Assembly: GCA_965205855.1 (NCBI GenBank)
Contig: OZ242184.1
Span: 1,088,001 to 1,152,000, forward strand
Length of the DNA stretch: 64,000 nucleotides
Direction of reading: 5' to 3'
Origin: Thermodesulfobacteriota bacterium
Lineage (GTDB): Bacteria > Desulfobacterota_D > UBA1144 > Nemesobacterales > Mycalebacteriaceae
Shown one piece after another: positions 60,022-64,000 of the stretch; position 1 is the first letter of the stretch, and each line of letters opens with the position of its first letter. The position numbers and the translations under genes are program-made. The notes beneath the pieces were generated by a model that was given only the letters and a program-made list of their open reading frames with translations, made no database searches and was not told the origin of the DNA.

Positions 60022-60046
60022 AGGAGGGTTTGCAAAAATCCCAAAA

Positions 60047-61471
60047 ATGAGCGGAAAAACACTTTTTGAAAAAATCTGGCAGTCTCACCTCGTCAGCCCG
60101 GGCGAGGGCGGGCAACCCGACATTCTCTACATAGACCTGCATCTGGTTCACGAAGTAACCTCCCCTCAGGCGTTTGAAGGACTCGCCATGGAAGAAAGAA
60201 AAATCCGCCGTCCGGATTTGACCTTTGCAACTATGGACCACAACGTTCCGACCACGGGAAGGAACAAACCTATAGAAGATGAAATATCCGCGCGGCAGAT
60301 TGAGACTCTGAGAAAAAACTGCCGCGATTTTGGCGTTTCACTTTTTGACATCACCCCCGGAGCGGGGATAGAAGACCTTCAGGGGATAGTCCATGTAATA
60401 GGCCCCGAACTCGGCCTCACAAAACCCGGAATGACCATAGTGTGCGGCGACAGCCACACCTCAACCCATGGCGCGTTCGGCTCTCTCGCCTTCGGAATCG
60501 GAACAAGCGAGGTTGAGCATGTTTTCGCAACGCAATGCCTCAGGCAGAAGCGGCCAGAAACTTTTGAGATAAAGGTGAACGGCAAAAGAGGGTTGGGAGT
60601 TACGGCGAAAGATATAATCCTCGCGATTATAGGGAGGACGGGAACTGCGGGAGCAACCGGGCATGCCGTTGAATATACTGGAGAGGCAATCAGAGACCTG
60701 TCAATGGAAGAGAGAATGACCGTATGCAACATGTCCATAGAAGCCGGGGCAAAAGCGGGAATGATAGCGGCGGATGACAAAACCTTTGAGTATGTCAGGG
60801 GAAGACGCTACTCTCCGCCCGAAGAGCAGTTCGAGCAAGCGTTGCGGGAGTGGAAGGATTGCGTATCCGATGAAGATGCAGTTTTTGACAAAACCCTTGT
60901 TATGGACGCCGCCAAGATCGCGCCGCAGGTTACATGGGGAACAAACCCCGGAATGGTGGCGGAAGTAAGCGATTCGGTTCCAAACCCGAATGATGAAGAG
61001 AACAAAGCTCAATACGAGACAATACAAAGAGCGCTTGAATACATGGGGCTGAAAGCCGGAACTCCAATAACCGACATAAAAATTGACAGGGTTTTCATCG
61101 GCTCCTGCACAAACTCTCGCATTGAAGACCTCACGGCGGTGGCAAACCTTGTGAAAGGGAAAAAGGTGGCAAAAGGGGTAAGAGCAATGGTTGTTCCCGG
61201 CTCTCAGACGGTCAAGAAAAAGGCCGAAGAGATGGGAATAGACGCCATACTGAAAGAGGCGGGATTTGAATGGCGCGAATCGGGATGCAGCATGTGCCTC
61301 GGAATGAATCCGGACATACTGTCCCCCGGTGAAAGGTGCGCGAGCACTTCCAACAGAAATTTTGAGGGGCGGCAGGGAAAGGGCGGCAGAACACACCTTG
61401 CAAGTCCTGTAATGGCGGCGGCTGCCGCGATTGAGGGGCATTTTATCGACATCCGCGAGTGGGAAAACTGA
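60047..61471 (+). CDS. leuC: 3-isopropylmalate dehydratase large subunit
   Basis: [43 protein letters not shown] and [12 protein letters not shown] motifs. Confidence 0.97.
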   Translation: MSGKTLFEKIWQSHLVSPGEGGQPDILYIDLHLVHEVTSPQAFEGLAMEERKIRRPDLTFATMDHNVPTTGRNKPIEDEISARQIETLRKNCRDFGVSLFDITPGAGIEDLQGIVHVIGPELGLTKPGMTIVCGDSHTSTHGAFGSLAFGIGTSEVEHVFATQCLRQKRPETFEIKVNGKRGLGVTAKDIILAIIGRTGTAGATGHAVEYTGEAIRDLSMEERMTVCNMSIEAGAKAGMIAADDKTFEYVRGRRYSPPEEQFEQALREWKDCVSDEDAVFDKTLVMDAAKIAPQVTWGTNPGMVAEVSDSVPNPNDEENKAQYETIQRALEYMGLKAGTPITDIKIDRVFIGSCTNSRIEDLTAVANLVKGKKVAKGVRAMVVPGSQTVKKKAEEMGIDAILKEAGFEWRESGCSMCLGMNPDILSPGERCASTSNRNFEGRQGKGGRTHLASPVMAAAAAIEGHFIDIREWEN

Positions 61472-62104
61472 ATGGAGAAATTCACAAAAATCAAGGCCAA
61501 GGTCGCGCCGCTTGACCGCGCCAATGTTGACACCGACCAGATAATCCCGAAACAGTTTTTGAAAAGGATTGAAAGAACGGGATTCGGCGAGTTCCTCTTC
61601 TACGACTGGAGGTTTTATGACAACGGCAAGACCCTGAATCCGGACTTTGAGATGAATGAGCAGCGCTACAAAAACGCGGGGATATTGATTGCTAGAGAAA
61701 ATTTCGGAAGCGGAAGTTCGCGCGAACACGCGCCATGGGCCATAAGAGAGTTCGGCTTCAGGGTCATCATAGCCCCGTCTTTTGCCGATATTTTTTATAA
61801 CAACTGTTTCACAAACTCCATACTTCCCGTCAAACTTGACAACGCGAAAATAGAAACGCTTTTTGAAACCGTAAGATCAAATCCGGAATTTGAGTTGGAA
61901 GTAGATTTGGAAAAACAGTCAATAGCCGGCAAGGGAGTCAATATGGAATTTTATTTGGACCCGTTCAGAAAACGGACTCTCCTTGAAGGACTTGACAACA
62001 TATCGCAAACTCTAGACAAGGAGAAACTCATAGACGAATACGAAAACCGGAGAGTAACGCCCAGGCCCTGGGGTTTTCCCGCGAGAAGAGGACAACAACG
62101 ATGA
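61472..62104 (+). CDS. leuD: 3-isopropylmalate dehydratase small subunit
   Basis: NVDTDQIIPKQFL, NFGSGSSREHAPWA and SFADIFYNN motifs. Confidence 0.97.
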   Translation: MEKFTKIKAKVAPLDRANVDTDQIIPKQFLKRIERTGFGEFLFYDWRFYDNGKTLNPDFEMNEQRYKNAGILIARENFGSGSSREHAPWAIREFGFRVIIAPSFADIFYNNCFTNSILPVKLDNAKIETLFETVRSNPEFELEVDLEKQSIAGKGVNMEFYLDPFRKRTLLEGLDNISQTLDKEKLIDEYENRRVTPRPWGFPARRGQQR

Positions 62105-62619
62105 ATATTAAAGTAACAACAAGACGCATAAGCGACAGAAAAACCGCGAAACAGAAGAAAAAGTACGCGCTTACAAAGATTCCGCGCATAAGCAAGTATC
62201 TACGGCATCAGGGGCGGGACGCCGAAGTCAGCATTATCCTCTCATCGGAGAAACTGAGACATACAGCCGAAATTATAGTCATGGGAACACGCCTGAGGGC
62301 GACCGCGAGCGTAACATCCGATGACTTGAGCTCATCCATAGACAACGTTATGGACGCCGTAACAAAACAACTGAGGCGGAAAAGTGACAAACAAATCTCA
62401 ACAAGACGCAGAATTTCCGGCGGGGAGCCACCGAGGGAAAAAACAAAAACTCCCGAAGTGAAGATTCAGAGAGTTGCCGCAAAACCGATGTCCGTTGAAG
62501 AAGCCGTCCTGCGGGTGGGTGTTTCCGAAAAAGAATTTCTCGCCTTTATCAACAGCGAAACCCAAGAGATGAACGTTGCCTACAGGCGGAATAAGAAAAC
62601 AGTTCTGATAGTTCCCTGA
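62101..62619 (+). CDS. hpf: Ribosome hibernation promoting factor (long HPF/RaiA)
   Basis: MNI.VT.R, D..SSID......QLRR, and C-terminal KPMSVEEA...F..F.N.ET..NV.YRR. Confidence 0.85.
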   Translation: MNIKVTTRRISDRKTAKQKKKYALTKIPRISKYLRHQGRDAEVSIILSSEKLRHTAEIIVMGTRLRATASVTSDDLSSSIDNVMDAVTKQLRRKSDKQISTRRRISGGEPPREKTKTPEVKIQRVAAKPMSVEEAVLRVGVSEKEFLAFINSETQEMNVAYRRNKKTVLIVP

Positions 62620-62639
62620 AAACGGTCGCGGAAAACATC

Positions 62640-63110
62640 ATGAAAATCGCCGATATCCTTACCAGAGAATCAATAATAGAATCCCTCGAGGCAACCAACA
62701 AAAAAGATACTCTGCTGGAAATATCTGAAAGAGCGGCAAGCCTTTCCCCGTTGCTGAAAGCCGATAAGCTTTTCAAGATGCTAATGGAAAGGGAAGAGGT
62801 GTGTAGCACGGCTCTTGACCACGGCGTGGCGGTGCCGCATCTGAGAATGCACGGACTTTTGGAACCCATAGCAACATTCGCGAGAAGCACAGAAGGCGTT
62901 GAGTTCGGCTCGCTGGACGGCAAACCGACACATCTTTTTATGACCATCATAGCGTCCGAGGCGCGCGCGGATGAATACATCTACCTGCTCTCCAAAGTAA
63001 CCTCGACTCTGAAAAAACCCCAAACCCGCGAGCGGATCGCCTCGGCGAATTCGGGAAAAGACATTCTTGAAACCCTCATTGAGGAAGACGACAGGAATGA
63101 CAACAGATAA
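62640..63110 (+). CDS. ptsN: PTS EIIA(Ntr)-type protein
   Basis: ERE...STAL..GVAVPH phospho-His motif and G..F.SLDGKP.HL. Confidence 0.85.
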   Translation: MKIADILTRESIIESLEATNKKDTLLEISERAASLSPLLKADKLFKMLMEREEVCSTALDHGVAVPHLRMHGLLEPIATFARSTEGVEFGSLDGKPTHLFMTIIASEARADEYIYLLSKVTSTLKKPQTRERIASANSGKDILETLIEEDDRNDNR

Positions 63111-64000
63111 AAAGGTCAGTGTCGGCGAACTCAAGAAGCAATGGTTCTCATCTCTTAAGCTGAGCAAAACTGCAGACGAAACCGGTTTTTCCGCTGTGAT
63201 AACAGGGGCGTCTGTACGCAAACCGGGGCTCAGAATGACCGAGAGGCCCATGAAGCTGGAAGCGGGATATGTCCATGTACTTGGAGAAACCGAATGCGCT
63301 TATATAGACAAACTGTCTTTGAAAAAGCGTGAAGAGCTTGCCGATGAGTTTGTTCGGCAGAAAATCCCATGCTTTATCGTATCGGATGGCATAAAGATAA
63401 ACGCCAAATTTAAGTCTTTTATGGAAGAAAGAGAAATCGCGGTTTTTAGGAGCAATATCGCCCTGGAAGCCCTTATGCTGAAACTCGGCGAGCTGCTTGA
63501 GTGGCAACTCGCTCCGTTCACGACAATGCACGCCACATTTGTGGTTGTGCACGGAACCGGAATCCTGCTTATGGGAAAAAGCGGAATGGGCAAAAGCGAA
63601 TGCGCACTGGAACTTATTGTGAGAGGCGGGAAATTTGTTTCGGATGATATTGTGGAAGTTAAAAGAGTGGGCAACCGCCTGATCGGCTCGGCTCCCGAAG
63701 CAGTCAAGCATTTTATAGAGATACGGGGAGTGGGCATATTAAATATAGGCGACCTGTTCGGTAGAACTTCGGTTATGGAAAGCCATTTTATTGACATGGT
63801 TATAAACATTGAGCCGTGGGGGAAAAACATGGAATTCGAGCGGCTCGGGTTTGAAAATAGAACAATGAAAATCCTTAAAATAGACCTTCCCGCGGCGGAC
63901 ATCCCCGTGCGTCCCGGAAGAAACATCTCCACGCTCGCGGAAGTCGCGGTCAGAAATCACATTTTGAAAACAAACGGGATAAGTCCTTACGACTCTCTCC
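63097..64000 (+). CDS. hprK: HPr kinase/phosphorylase (runs off window end; missing from ORF track)
   Basis: Hand translation from ATG 63097 gives ...RKPGL...VLGETE...MHATFVVVHGTGILLMGKSGMGKSECALELI.RG..FVSDD...EIRGVGILNI...IPVRPGRN. Confidence 0.93.
   Translation, partial: MTTDKKVSVGELKKQWFSSLKLSKTADETGFSAVITGASVRKPGLRMTERPMKLEAGYVHVLGETECAYIDKLSLKKREELADEFVRQKIPCFIVSDGIKINAKFKSFMEEREIAVFRSNIALEALMLKLGELLEWQLAPFTTMHATFVVVHGTGILLMGKSGMGKSECALELIVRGGKFVSDDIVEVKRVGNRLIGSAPEAVKHFIEIRGVGILNIGDLFGRTSVMESHFIDMVINIEPWGKNMEFERLGFENRTMKILKIDLPAADIPVRPGRNISTLAEVAVRNHILKTNGISPYDSL

Noticed and set aside
60701-61729. 342-aa antisense ORF over leuCD, and similar long shadow ORFs (35020-35787, 30024-30746, 33563-34237, 63300-63932)
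   Set aside because: They lie antisense to well-conserved genes and have no motifs. They are expected shadows of codon bias.

Overview
Gene-dense bacterial chromosomal segment, roughly 50% GC by eye, from a diderm. It looks like a streamlined 'deltaproteobacteria-like' lineage, and Ca. Dadabacteria is a tentative guess only. Most of it is housekeeping: glnB, ispH, miaB, uvrC, gloA, rarA, mrp, prfB with a +1 programmed frameshift, nadK, fmt, aspS, hisIE, rpoZ, ssb, glmUS, purD, ccmABC, aroC, era, sucAB, recG, topA, ugd, tolC/macA-type exporter genes, hemW, eno, leuCD and hpf-ptsN-hprK. I found no rRNA, tRNA or CRISPR array. Five non-routine elements stand out. (1) A ~3.8 kb foreign-looking segment (~9860-13630) carries icmF with a perfect LiuR-type palindrome, a REP-like hairpin and an IS5/ISL2-type transposase pseudogene, and it abuts a 5'-truncated outer-membrane beta-barrel gene. 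(2) Two tandem FmdB-type zinc-ribbon paralogs upstream of sucAB are each split by a homologous ~75-aa inserted domain; this is the best candidate for an undescribed system. (3) An intact, solitary RAYT/Y1 HUH transposase has one hairpin end and an apparently decayed second end. (4) A TolC-MFP-ATPase operon has no permease and ends in a DUF1285-like gene. (5) A candidate Leu-codon leader ORF with alternative pairings lies upstream of leuCD. All family assignments come from motif recognition by eye, not from database searches.
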